From positions 152,243 through 216,242 of the forward strand of contig CAZBAJ010000001.1 in the NCBI GenBank assembly GCA_964490125.1: a DNA stretch of 64,000 bases, written 5' to 3'. The position numbers and the translations under genes are program-made. This stretch comes from an uncultured Candidatus Saccharibacteria bacterium (GTDB lineage Bacteria > Patescibacteriota > WWE3 > UBA101185 > UBA10185). How positions within the stretch are numbered: position 1 is the stretch's first letter; every line of letters begins with the position of its first letter. The notes beneath the pieces are model-generated. The model ran no database searches, was not told the DNA's origin, and saw only the letters and a list, made by a program, of their open reading frames with translations. Positions 16,298 through 25,893 of this stretch are shown one piece after another.

Positions 16298-18733
16298 ATG
16301 AAAAAAGCCAAAAACGCGCTGGTTAAAAACAGTGCAATAGATTTTTCTCCCAATTCATTAAAAATTTTAGAAAAAAGGTATCTGCTAAAGGACGAAAATG
16401 GCGTAGTGGCGGAAACTGTGGAGGGCATGTTTGAGAGAATTGCTAAAGTTGTTGCCTCGCCGGACGCTACCTATGGTTACCAAGAAAAGTCGCAAATCGA
16501 ATTCTATAATCTAATATCCAGCAAAAAGTTTTTTCCAAATTCACCCACTTTTACCGGTGCCGGAACGCCTTTAGGACAACTTGCAGCGTGTTTTGTTTTG
16601 CCGGTTGAGGACGATTTAGGCAAGCATCCGGACGGGATTTTTTCTACTTTGCGTAATGCGGCGTTAATTCAGCAAGTTGGTGGAGGTAACGGCTTTTCTT
16701 TTTCCGATTTGCGTCCCAAAGGCACTTTAGTTAAAAGCAGTATGGGCAAAGCAACAGGTCCAGTGGGTTTTTTGGCGGTGTACGACAAGGCTTTTGGCGA
16801 AGTCGCTCAAGGCGGGGTGCGTAGGGGGGCTAATATGGCGGTTTTACGAGTTGACCATCCGGATATACGGGATTTTATTAAATGTAAGTCCGACGAGGGG
16901 GAAATTAGCAATTTTAATATTTCCGTTGCCCTTACAGACGAATTTATGCAGGCGGTTAAGGACGACAGAAAGTACGACTTAATAGATCCGCATTCCAAAA
17001 AAGTTGTGGAATCTCCTCGCGCCCGCGAAATTTTTGAAATGATTGTGGAGTATTCCTTTAAGAACGGCGAGCCTGGCGTTTTGTTTATAGATGAAGCCAA
17101 CAGATATAATCCTGTTCCTAATTCGTACGATTTAAAAGCTACTAATCCGTGTGGGGAACAATGGTTAGGAAAATATGAAAACTGCTGTTTAGGCTCAATA
17201 AATTTGCTGGAGCATTTAGATAAAAACGGTCAGCTGGACTGGGACGACTTGGAGCAGACGATAATTTTGTCGACTAGATTTTTGGATAATGTAGTAACAG
17301 CAAATAAGTATGTGGATGCGGTACCACAGCTACGCCAAGCCGCAGAAAACTGCAGAAGAATCGGTTTGGGTTTTATGGGTTTGGCGGATGTTATGTACTC
17401 CATAGGAGTCCGTTACGGCTCGGAGGCGGGGTTGGATTTTGCAGGACAAGTTACGGAATTTATTAGATACCATTCCATGCTGGCGTCTGTCGACTTAGCA
17501 AAGGAGCGGGGGGCTTTTCCAGCCATTAAAGGTAGTATTTACGATCAGAAGAATATTAAATGGAAAGCGCCCAAACCCATAAAACCCTTCAAGCGGGATT
17601 TTGGTCGACCAGAACTAGACTGGAATAAAGTGCTTACCGGCGTTAAGAAGTATGGGATCAGAAACGCAGCCCAAACCACCGTTGCGCCCACCGGAACAAT
17701 TTCTACCGTTGCCGGTGTAGAAGGTTACGGTTGCGAGCCCGTTTTTGCTTTGGCATATTCCCGCAATGTATATCAGGCGGCTGGAGATGCAGAAAAACTT
17801 ACTCTAACCTACGTGAGTCCGCTATTCGACAAAGCCCTAGATAGTTTAAAGCTAAAAGAAGAATCAAAAGCCAAAATTGTGGAAAAAGTTATGGAGACAG
17901 GTTCGTGCCAGTCTATAGAGGAATTGCCGGAAAAACTGCGCGACACTTTTGTAGTTTCTGCTGATGTCCTGCCGGAAGAGCACATTAAAATGCAGTCGGC
18001 TATTCAGGCTTTTATTGACAATTCAATTTCTAAAACCTGCAATCTTCCGTCTGACGCAAAAAAAGACGATGTAGCCAAGGTTTACATGCTAGGTTGGGAG
18101 CTTAAATGCAAAGGTTTAACAGTGTATGTGGCAGGTTCCAGACAGGAAGTCGTGCTGGAAACTAAAGAGACAAAGTCTAAAAAGGACGGTAAGGGAGAGG
18201 CTACTTCCGTTGTGACAGAACCCGTTAAAAAAGAAGTTGAACGGGGTTACAGACTTTCTGGTACTACCTATAAATTGGATACGCCTCAAGGAAAAGCCTT
18301 TATAACAGTAAATAAAGACGAGACCGGCAATCCGCTTGAGGTTTTTGCTAATGTGGGTAAGGCCGGTAGCGATGTAGCCGCGCTTTCCGAGGCTTTAGGT
18401 AGGCTTATTTCCGGCTGGCTTCGCATTTCGGAAAACCCGTTGCGGACGGCTAAGGAAATTGTCATTCAGTTGTTAGGAATCGGTGGATCTAGGTCAGTGG
18501 GGTTTGGCAGTAAACGCGTAAGCTCCATTCCGGATGCCGTAGCCAAAGTTATTGCCGAGGAATGTGGCATTCATGTAAAAACTAACGGTGCAAATGTAGT
18601 AGAAAGTCCTACGGATAAAAAGGAAATTTCGGTGTTCTCGCATGTCAATATGTGTCCGGAATGTGGCAACTCCTCCTTTATTTACGAAGAAGGTTGCTCC
18701 AAGTGTTATGAGTGCGGTTACAGCGTCTGCTAG
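16298..18733 (+). CDS. nrdJ: Adenosylcobalamin-dependent class II ribonucleotide reductase with TSCPD domain and Zn ribbon
   Basis: PNSPT, QLAACF, RRGANM, TNPCGEQ, APTGT, ISKT; C-terminal CPECG...CYECGYSVC; no R2 gene; pduO adjacent. Confidence 0.95.
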   Translation: MKKAKNALVKNSAIDFSPNSLKILEKRYLLKDENGVVAETVEGMFERIAKVVASPDATYGYQEKSQIEFYNLISSKKFFPNSPTFTGAGTPLGQLAACFVLPVEDDLGKHPDGIFSTLRNAALIQQVGGGNGFSFSDLRPKGTLVKSSMGKATGPVGFLAVYDKAFGEVAQGGVRRGANMAVLRVDHPDIRDFIKCKSDEGEISNFNISVALTDEFMQAVKDDRKYDLIDPHSKKVVESPRAREIFEMIVEYSFKNGEPGVLFIDEANRYNPVPNSYDLKATNPCGEQWLGKYENCCLGSINLLEHLDKNGQLDWDDLEQTIILSTRFLDNVVTANKYVDAVPQLRQAAENCRRIGLGFMGLADVMYSIGVRYGSEAGLDFAGQVTEFIRYHSMLASVDLAKERGAFPAIKGSIYDQKNIKWKAPKPIKPFKRDFGRPELDWNKVLTGVKKYGIRNAAQTTVAPTGTISTVAGVEGYGCEPVFALAYSRNVYQAAGDAEKLTLTYVSPLFDKALDSLKLKEESKAKIVEKVMETGSCQSIEELPEKLRDTFVVSADVLPEEHIKMQSAIQAFIDNSISKTCNLPSDAKKDDVAKVYMLGWELKCKGLTVYVAGSRQEVVLETKETKSKKDGKGEATSVVTEPVKKEVERGYRLSGTTYKLDTPQGKAFITVNKDETGNPLEVFANVGKAGSDVAALSEALGRLISGWLRISENPLRTAKEIVIQLLGIGGSRSVGFGSKRVSSIPDAVAKVIAEECGIHVKTNGANVVESPTDKKEISVFSHVNMCPECGNSSFIYEEGCSKCYECGYSVC

Positions 18734-18817
18734 TTAATTTTATAGCAAATCATCGGTTTAATTGGTGTTGAGTTTTGGTGTCTATTTGACCGATGGTTGC
18801 AGATTCATTAAGTTATT

Positions 18818-19348
18818 ATGTCCATCTATACAAAAAATGGCGACGCGGGGGAGACGGATCTTTACGGAGGCAAAAGAGTTAGAAAATCCGTGGATGCGGT
18901 GGAGGTTTTAGGCGAGTTCGACGAGCTAAACGCTTTTTTAGGTTTGTCACGGCTGTTGCTAAAAAAGAGCGACGCAGTAAGAATCTCTCAAATCCAAAAC
19001 GACTTGTTTTTGTTGGGTTCCGTTGTGGCGGGGGTTAAGTTAAGTCAACCTGCTGTTCAGTATCTAATAAAACAGGTCGACAAGATGGAAACGGAAATTG
19101 ACTCGCTTGAAGGTAAGACCCCAAAGCTTAAAAACTTTATTCTACCCAATGGTTGTGAATCTTCCGCCAGATTACATTTAGCCCGCGCAATTTGTAGGCG
19201 GTGTGAGCGCTCTTTGGTGTCGCTAGGGGAATATATGGACCTTGTGCCCTATCTTAACCGGTTGTCCGACTACTTATTTGTTTTAGCCAGGTACGAAAAC
19301 GCCAGACGCGGAGTTAAAGACGAGCTTGCTACTCCAGTCCTACAATAA
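18818..19348 (+). CDS. pduO: PduO-type cob(I)alamin adenosyltransferase
   Basis: IYTKNGDAGET, DELNA, ARAICRRCER, YLNRLSDYLF. Confidence 0.93.
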   Translation: MSIYTKNGDAGETDLYGGKRVRKSVDAVEVLGEFDELNAFLGLSRLLLKKSDAVRISQIQNDLFLLGSVVAGVKLSQPAVQYLIKQVDKMETEIDSLEGKTPKLKNFILPNGCESSARLHLARAICRRCERSLVSLGEYMDLVPYLNRLSDYLFVLARYENARRGVKDELATPVLQ

Positions 19349-20672
19349 TAAGCACATCGTAATCAGTTGGTTTAGAGTCAAGTTCCACAACTTCAACCGA
19401 ATAATTAGTTTTTAAGTCGTTAACCAGCAAGTCTTTGTAATCTGCAAGCTCTTTAGGTAATTTTATTTGCGTTTTTGCGTAAGTAGCTTTGTCGGCATTG
19501 CCCGGGTCTCCCACGGTATAGCCAAAACCTTCCAGGTAAGCCTTTATTTTCCCCGCGGAACCCGGAATCCCGTTACCGTTTTCCACGCGTATTTTTAAAT
19601 CACTCCGTTTTACTTCTTTTTGGACGACCGGGGGAGTTGGAGTTGGTTCTGGAGTTTGAGGTTGGTTATTGGATTGTTCTTGCTCTGCCAATACTTCTTG
19701 TTTCTGACCATTATTCTGTTTACCAAAAATCGTGTCGAAACCCACGGTTAATTGGACTACCAGTCCTGCAACTAACAGTACGGATGCAATGGTGGCGCCA
19801 GCAATTACGGGAGTCTTACTTTTTTGGAAGACTTCTGGTACCGGCAAGATATTTAACAAATTTGCTTGTGAATTAAGAAGCCCACCTTTTTGGTCCAGAG
19901 TTTTTTGTGTTAAGTCCAATTCCTCAAAATCAGGTTCCAAACCTTGTCCACCCAAAATTAAAGGATGTGTTGAACCTATAGAGTGTTCGTGTTTTGCAAA
20001 TGTATAAAGATATACCTCACCTTTTTTAGTGTTGTACACAGAAAGTTTCCAGAACAGCTCCTTAAGTTCTTCCATAGAGACTTTTCCATTCAACTTTTCT
20101 GCAAAAGTTACGCCGGTAAGTTCGCTAAAAATCACCGTGTTCTCATCTTTATTAGGAAACACAAACATACTGGAAACATCGGCATTGGTTTTAGCTAGTA
20201 TAAGTCCTAAAGGCAGTACCCCGCCAATTTCCAACCCCATAATAGCGCCGGTTTCCAAAATAGGGTCAAGCAAAACCTTTTTAATGCCTACAAACTGATA
20301 AATAAACGGGGCAATTTTATATTGGGCAAAATACAACTCGTCCGGTTTTTGATCTACCAGCCTGTCCTTAATTTGCTTTTCCATCAAGTCAACCTCATCC
20401 TCCGGTTTGTCTGTCTTACTGCCCGTCAACAAAAAAAGCTCCGTAAGCTCCGGTTCTAAGATAAAATACATAGGGAGTTTTGGCAACTTGTCGCCATAAT
20501 GCGTAGCCAAGATCCGGGAAAGTTCCTTACAGAATTCGTTGGGGTCAACAACGCGCGACCTGGAAACCGCCGTCGGCAACAGTTCCTCGGTCAAAAATTT
20601 AGCAGGTTCCGCACCGTTGTAAAGTCCTACTCTAACCGTGCTAGAAGTTAAATGTATAAAATAGCCGTCCAC
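19329..20672 (-). CDS. Membrane-anchored protein with LytR C-terminal domain and PilM-like N-terminal region
   Basis: VENGNGIPGSA, GNAD, DVLIIVG; TM plus Pro-rich linker; PilM resemblance is tentative. Confidence 0.7.
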   Translation of the reverse strand: MDGYFIHLTSSTVRVGLYNGAEPAKFLTEELLPTAVSRSRVVDPNEFCKELSRILATHYGDKLPKLPMYFILEPELTELFLLTGSKTDKPEDEVDLMEKQIKDRLVDQKPDELYFAQYKIAPFIYQFVGIKKVLLDPILETGAIMGLEIGGVLPLGLILAKTNADVSSMFVFPNKDENTVIFSELTGVTFAEKLNGKVSMEELKELFWKLSVYNTKKGEVYLYTFAKHEHSIGSTHPLILGGQGLEPDFEELDLTQKTLDQKGGLLNSQANLLNILPVPEVFQKSKTPVIAGATIASVLLVAGLVVQLTVGFDTIFGKQNNGQKQEVLAEQEQSNNQPQTPEPTPTPPVVQKEVKRSDLKIRVENGNGIPGSAGKIKAYLEGFGYTVGDPGNADKATYAKTQIKLPKELADYKDLLVNDLKTNYSVEVVELDSKPTDYDVLIIVGLE

Positions 20673-20737
20673 CTATTCATCATAGCAGAACATGTGCGCT
20701 TGATAAAGTAATCAAGATGTTGTAGTATAGCCAAGTT

Positions 20738-21097
20738 ATGACTTACGCAATTATAGCTTTGGCAGGGCGACAATTTATGGTTTCGGAGGGCGACACTTTG
20801 CAGGTTACCCGTCAGATCGACCTTGCTCCAAAAGTGCTTTTTTATAAAAGTGACGAGGTTACCAAGGTTGGCTCGCCTTATTTAGAGGATGTGGCTGTGG
20901 GCTTGGAAAAGCTTGAGGATAAAAAGGACAAAAAAGTTGTTGTGGCAAGGTTTAGAGCAAAATCCAGGCATAGAAGAAAAGTTGGACATCGTCAGCCTAT
21001 TAGTGTGATAAAAGTAAAAAGTATCTCCCAGGGGGCAAAAACAGCTAAAAAGTCGACAAAAAAAGAAGAATTGGCGGAACAGGAGGCTAACAACTAA
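20738..21097 (+). CDS. rplU: 50S ribosomal protein L21
   Basis: YAII-x-x-AGRQF, [12 protein letters not shown]. Confidence 0.96.
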   Translation: MTYAIIALAGRQFMVSEGDTLQVTRQIDLAPKVLFYKSDEVTKVGSPYLEDVAVGLEKLEDKKDKKVVVARFRAKSRHRRKVGHRQPISVIKVKSISQGAKTAKKSTKKEELAEQEANN

Positions 21098-21351
21098 TGG
21101 CACATAAAACAGCAACCGCGTCAAAGGCTACTCAAAAAGGCAATGTTGCCGGCAAAAGGCTTGGAGTTAAGCTTTCTCACGGACAGGGCGTAAAGACAGG
21201 TCAAATAATTGTGCGACAGCGGGGGAGGACCTTTATTCCAGGAGAGAATGTGAGGATGGGTAAAGATTTTACTTTGTACTCGGTGGCGGACGGAAAAATC
21301 CGTTTTGCCGACACTTTAAGCAGAAGAAAAGAAGTTAATGTAACTGTGTAG
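21097..21351 (+). CDS. rpmA: 50S ribosomal protein L27
   Basis: MAHK, KRLGVK, IIVRQRG, GKDFTL. Confidence 0.96.
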   Translation: MAHKTATASKATQKGNVAGKRLGVKLSHGQGVKTGQIIVRQRGRTFIPGENVRMGKDFTLYSVADGKIRFADTLSRRKEVNVTV

Positions 21352-21422
21352 GTTTGAGCTCTTTCTCAAAAAATCTTCGATTTAACAACTTCGGATAACC
21401 GCCTGCTGTTTACATTATCACG

Positions 21423-21956
21423 CTAAATTTTCGTAATATTTGCGGGTGGCCAATATACTACAAATGCTTTACCCACAACATTTTCCAAAGGTACAAGTCC
21501 AAACATTCTGGAATCATAACTTTCCTTGCGATTGTCGCCCATAACCGCAATAAAGCCATTCGGAATTGGTTGTTGGGAGTATTCGTCCAGCACCCCTAAA
21601 CTGTCGACTTTTCCAAAATTACCGCCCAAAAATGTTTCATTCGATGCACTGGAAGTTACAACAACATCACCCGCATTGTTTGTCTGAATTAAATCGCCTG
21701 CGACACCAATAACCCGCTTGATCAAAAAAATTCGGTCATTTTGCAAGCTTCTAAAGACAATTATTTCCCCTCGTTCCGGCTTCCGGCTTTTATAGGTGAC
21801 TTTTTCTACCACAATCCGCTCGCCGTTTTTTAAAGTTGGGTACATGGAGTCGCCTGTAATTTCCAGCGACTGTCCTACAAAAAGCATTATCAGGACGGAC
21901 AAAAATATGCCTGACATCAAGGTTTCTAAAAAGCTCACCAGCGATTTTTTCACCAA
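21423..21956 (-). CDS. lepB: Signal peptidase I
   Basis: GDSMYPTL, IKRVIG, GDNR-x-x-S-x-DSR. Confidence 0.95.
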   Translation of the reverse strand: MVKKSLVSFLETLMSGIFLSVLIMLFVGQSLEITGDSMYPTLKNGERIVVEKVTYKSRKPERGEIIVFRSLQNDRIFLIKRVIGVAGDLIQTNNAGDVVVTSSASNETFLGGNFGKVDSLGVLDEYSQQPIPNGFIAVMGDNRKESYDSRMFGLVPLENVVGKAFVVYWPPANITKI

Positions 21957-22010
21957 ATGATTGTATAATTAACCGCGCGGGATGTCACGGAAATTTCCAA
22001 AGACTTTCTA

Positions 22011-22087
22011 GGCCACTTAGCTCAGCTGGTTAGAGCACTGCATTCACATTGCAGGGGTCAAAGGTTCGAATCCTTTAGTGGCCACCA
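22011..22087 (+). tRNA. tRNA-Val(CAC)
   Basis: Cloverleaf: GGCCACT/AGTGGCC acceptor, CTGCA-TTCACAT-TGCAG anticodon arm, GGTTCGAATCC, encoded CCA. Confidence 0.96.
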
Positions 22088-23372
22088 CGATAAGCATAAT
22101 ACCTACCAGGATTTGAGGATAGAAAATTGAGTTGATAAAGATCGAATTCAGTAGGAGGGCAAAGACCAACCCAGTTGTTGTAATATCCGGATGTTTTACA
22201 TTTGTAGCAATGGTGAAAATGAAAAAACCGGCGAAAAAGATAAGTCCAGATATGCCAGAGGTTGCCCAAACAAGAAGCAGGCTGGAATCGCTACCTGCGC
22301 CGGAACGGGAGGCTGTATTCATGTCGTCCAAAAAGCCGTAATCCTGCTGGGCGTACCTAAAAGTGTTATAACCGATGCCAAAAACCCAATTTTCTTTAAT
22401 TATTTCCCAAGTGTTTTGCCATGAAACAAGCCTAAAGCTAGCGGAATCCTGCGGATCTGTTATGCCGGAAATTCGGGTTTGGACGCGGGGGACGGCAAAA
22501 ACAGCTAGAAAAACAATCGCCACGGTAGACAGTAGGACGACTTTGTTCTTAAGTCCGACAAAGAATATCAAAACTGCGGTGGCAAGCCACGCGCTACGGG
22601 AAAAGGTAAGAAAAATGCCTGCAATAAATATTACTCCTGCTAGAAATAATATCGGCTGGGGTTTGATTTGGTGTACAGGATTTTCTAATCGACTTGAGGA
22701 CTCGGTAATCAAGTCGGACGATGGGACTCCGATAGATTTATGTTGCGCAGAGGTTGTAGAGGATTCGCAGGATGTTGAAGTAAAGCCTGTTTTGAACAAC
22801 TTTATAATCGTCGCCAAACAAATGACAAAATACATGCCCAAAAAATTGGGATCAAAAAAAGTTGAAACCATACGATTTTTGTGAGGATCCCAGCCAAGTG
22901 AAGAATCGAGTGTTTCTAAATCCGGTAGGACAAGTAGTTGAAAGATGCCCGCAACAAAAAGAAAAAGTCCGCTATAAATTATCACGCGGTAAATTCTGTC
23001 GATTTTAACAAAGTCTAGCCTAATAAAATTGTGGGTTATTAAAGCAAAAAGGATGTATGACAGAAAGCGCAGAGGATAGGCTAGCGAGGTCAAAAATTCT
23101 GATGGCTCGAGGTTTAGAGGAGTAAAAACAAGTGAAACGATTCCTAGTGCCACAAACGAAAACAAAAAGATAAAAGAAATTGGGATTTTAACTTCTTGCA
23201 ACTTTAGTAAATAAATGAGCCCAAAAAAGTCGAACAAAGTTATTAACAAGTCAAACAAATAAATATTACCCTGACCAAAAGCGTATATTACAGAAAATTG
23301 CCCAAGCGACAAGGTAAAAATGCACAAGCTAAACAGCCAAAAGAACAATCTACGGACTCTATTTTGATTCAT
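22044..23372 (-). CDS. O-antigen ligase/polymerase family membrane protein
   Basis: STFFDPNFLG, LTFSRSAWL, SASFRL, FGIGYN; multi-TM. Confidence 0.85.
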   Translation of the reverse strand: MNQNRVRRLFFWLFSLCIFTLSLGQFSVIYAFGQGNIYLFDLLITLFDFFGLIYLLKLQEVKIPISFIFLFSFVALGIVSLVFTPLNLEPSEFLTSLAYPLRFLSYILFALITHNFIRLDFVKIDRIYRVIIYSGLFLFVAGIFQLLVLPDLETLDSSLGWDPHKNRMVSTFFDPNFLGMYFVICLATIIKLFKTGFTSTSCESSTTSAQHKSIGVPSSDLITESSSRLENPVHQIKPQPILFLAGVIFIAGIFLTFSRSAWLATAVLIFFVGLKNKVVLLSTVAIVFLAVFAVPRVQTRISGITDPQDSASFRLVSWQNTWEIIKENWVFGIGYNTFRYAQQDYGFLDDMNTASRSGAGSDSSLLLVWATSGISGLIFFAGFFIFTIATNVKHPDITTTGLVFALLLNSIFINSIFYPQILVGIMLIVVATKGFEPLTPAM

Positions 23373-24639
23373 GCGCGGTTTCCCTCCAAGTCTTTGTTGC
23401 AAAAATAGTCAGAAGAATTAAGATTAGTGCTTCCGACAGCCAGGTAACATAGGCAGAGGCGTAAAAGCTGTATTTCGGGATAAAAAAGATGTTGCTTACG
23501 ACATTAAAAACGGCGCCAACCAGGTAGATTATGGGCAGATATTTCTGTTTGTCTAGTGTAACGATAAGATAGGAGATTGGTTGCGTAATAAAGAACAAAA
23601 AAAGACCGACGGCTAGTATTCTTAAAACATCCACGGACTCGTTAAATTGCGCACCACCCAAAAGTCTTACAGCAAACGGGGCAATTAGAAAAAGTCCGGC
23701 TGAAGCCAAAATTCCCAAAGATAGAGTCAGTTTAATGGTTTTGAGGAAAGTCTTTTTAAGGTCAGCTCGGCTTTGGTTTAGTCTGGCAACAAAAACCGGA
23801 TAGGTAGCGTTCATAATGAAAGTTGGGATGGATAAGGAAACCTCAAAAATTTTGTACGGGAGGGCATAAATGGCCACAGAACTGATGTTGTCCAGGTTTA
23901 TTGACGCGGGGAGTGTGAGCAAAGAAAGTAAAATTGCGTCGGCTTTAAAATTAATTTGAGAGAAAACAAACATAAGACCCAAAGGAAGCGACGCCGAAAG
24001 TAGGTTTTTAAGTGCACTGCGATCGGTAAAAATGTGGAAGTTTAAGCGAGTTTGGTAACCAAGTTTAGTTAAGACAACGGCGTTTATAGCAAAAATAACT
24101 ACTCCGCCAAGCACATAAGAAAAACTCAAAAACCTCACATCTAGACCGAGTTTAATAAAGATAAAAACCAAAAGCGTAATTACAAGGCTTCCTAAAATGT
24201 AGCCAATTGACGCCAAGTCGTACCGTTGTTTGTGTTGAAAAGCCAGATTGGTGCTGGAAAAAAGTGATTGGGTAAGAATCCAAAAGGACGACATAAAAAT
24301 GCCGATTTTTAAAAACTGCGAATAAGGTAAAAATTGGACGGCGGTGTTAAGTACGACAATAAAAAAAAGCGACAACAGGGGGCGGACGGCAAGAACGGCT
24401 TGGTAGTATTTTTGAGCGTCTTCGTCGCTTTTGCCCATTTTTTTAAGGGCGGTGGCGTTAAGTCCAAAGTCAGATAGAATAAAAAACAAAGCGGGTAGGG
24501 TCTGCATAATGGAAAATTGACCGTAGCCTTCTTTACCTAGCGCCCGTGTTATAAGGACGGTAGTAATCATGGTTAGCGCCATACTAATAATTTTTGCAAT
24601 AAGCTGGGCGGTTGTATTGTAAAATATAGTTTTTTTCAT
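23359..24639 (-). CDS. Wzx-type polysaccharide flippase
   Basis: ITRALG-x-x-GYG, DFGL, KADAILL, FNV-x-x-N-x-x-x-IP-x-Y; multi-TM. Confidence 0.88.
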   Translation of the reverse strand: MKKTIFYNTTAQLIAKIISMALTMITTVLITRALGKEGYGQFSIMQTLPALFFILSDFGLNATALKKMGKSDEDAQKYYQAVLAVRPLLSLFFIVVLNTAVQFLPYSQFLKIGIFMSSFWILTQSLFSSTNLAFQHKQRYDLASIGYILGSLVITLLVFIFIKLGLDVRFLSFSYVLGGVVIFAINAVVLTKLGYQTRLNFHIFTDRSALKNLLSASLPLGLMFVFSQINFKADAILLSLLTLPASINLDNISSVAIYALPYKIFEVSLSIPTFIMNATYPVFVARLNQSRADLKKTFLKTIKLTLSLGILASAGLFLIAPFAVRLLGGAQFNESVDVLRILAVGLFLFFITQPISYLIVTLDKQKYLPIIYLVGAVFNVVSNIFFIPKYSFYASAYVTWLSEALILILLTIFATKTWRETAHESK

Positions 24640-24652
24640 ACTCTAGCCTTTG

Positions 24653-25855
24653 TTATGGCGTTTGTTGACAGTCCGACACCGTAAGTTGAGTTTTTTGTAA
24701 ACTTGCGGGTTCACCCTTAACCTTTTTAATTTTCTTTAGCACCTCGTATTGTTCGTAAGGTACGCCATCGTTATTTATCCAAGAAAAGTGGTCAAAGGGT
24801 GCTTTATAGTATATTGTAAATGGCGTAACCGCGCGCACCCTGGCGTCCTTTAGCCAAATTTCTTCAAAGGCAATTTTAAAGTTTTGCGCGACTTGGTTGG
24901 CAGGGAAAAAAATTGAATTGTACGACTCGCCCTCCGCGTGCGCCCAACCCGTTTCTGTTATAAAGACGGGCAGTTCTTTGATTAGCCCTAGATTGTTTTT
25001 TAAATAGTCTAGCTCCGTCTCATAGGATTTAATGCTTAAAAGTCCTGTAGCGTAAGGGCTACCTGCAAAATTGGGCTGAGGGTATGAATGACTTGCCCAA
25101 CCGTCCAGCTTGTTAAAAATGCCCGGTACTGCCGTGTTCATTTGGTACAAAAAAGAAAGCGCGCTAATATAGCCTTTGCCATCAGGCGCACTGGAATTTA
25201 AAGCGCCGTTTAGGATAAAAAAGTTAGGGTTCTCTTTTTTAAAAATATCGATTGTGTAATTTAAAACTTGCGCATAGTTTTTGGCGTTAGCGTCGCCTTT
25301 CCAAAACCTGTCGTCGTTGGGTTCGTTGTAAGCGCTAATATAACGCTCTTTCACAGGCCACAGAAAGCTGTTTAAAAATTCTGCCGACTCTTTTGTGTCG
25401 CCCTTGTAATCTTTTGTATCCACATCCCACAGTTGAATTATGGGTACCAGGTGTCTTTTAGTAAGATCAGCAAAAACTCTGCGCCATTTATTATAGTCGC
25501 GATCTTTTACATTATACGGAATAAGTACATACCCCCAGTCGCCACCGTCGGAATTGACTAAGTTGTCGGCCAGTTTAAAGAAGCGCTCTTCCTCTGCATA
25601 AATATATAGACCAAATTTATTGTTCGGTTTTTCAAAACTGGAGTATTCTGGGTAGGACATGTACTCGATAGAAGAAGATTGGGTACATATTTTTGGCGCT
25701 ACATCGTTTGCTCCCGTTTCTATGGTGTCGGGGTCAATAGCTGTGGCGGTTGTTTTTGCTTTAGTATTTTCTTTTACAGTTTTTACCATTAGTCCAACAG
25801 AAAAAGTCAATAAGACCACCGATACTCCAATTTTCCAGACATTCTTATTTAACAT
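24653..25855 (-). CDS. Secreted clan GH-A glycoside hydrolase-like protein
   Basis: N-terminal TM/signal; NEPN acid/base and VFITETGW nucleophile motifs; SHSYP. Confidence 0.75.
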   Translation of the reverse strand: MLNKNVWKIGVSVVLLTFSVGLMVKTVKENTKAKTTATAIDPDTIETGANDVAPKICTQSSSIEYMSYPEYSSFEKPNNKFGLYIYAEEERFFKLADNLVNSDGGDWGYVLIPYNVKDRDYNKWRRVFADLTKRHLVPIIQLWDVDTKDYKGDTKESAEFLNSFLWPVKERYISAYNEPNDDRFWKGDANAKNYAQVLNYTIDIFKKENPNFFILNGALNSSAPDGKGYISALSFLYQMNTAVPGIFNKLDGWASHSYPQPNFAGSPYATGLLSIKSYETELDYLKNNLGLIKELPVFITETGWAHAEGESYNSIFFPANQVAQNFKIAFEEIWLKDARVRAVTPFTIYYKAPFDHFSWINNDGVPYEQYEVLKKIKKVKGEPASLQKTQLTVSDCQQTP

Positions 25856-25893
25856 ATAGCCATTTTAACCTATATTTATGCTAGACTAAAACG

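Noticed and set aside
16298-18733. Intein or intron in nrdJ
   Set aside because: Motifs are contiguous and the length is normal
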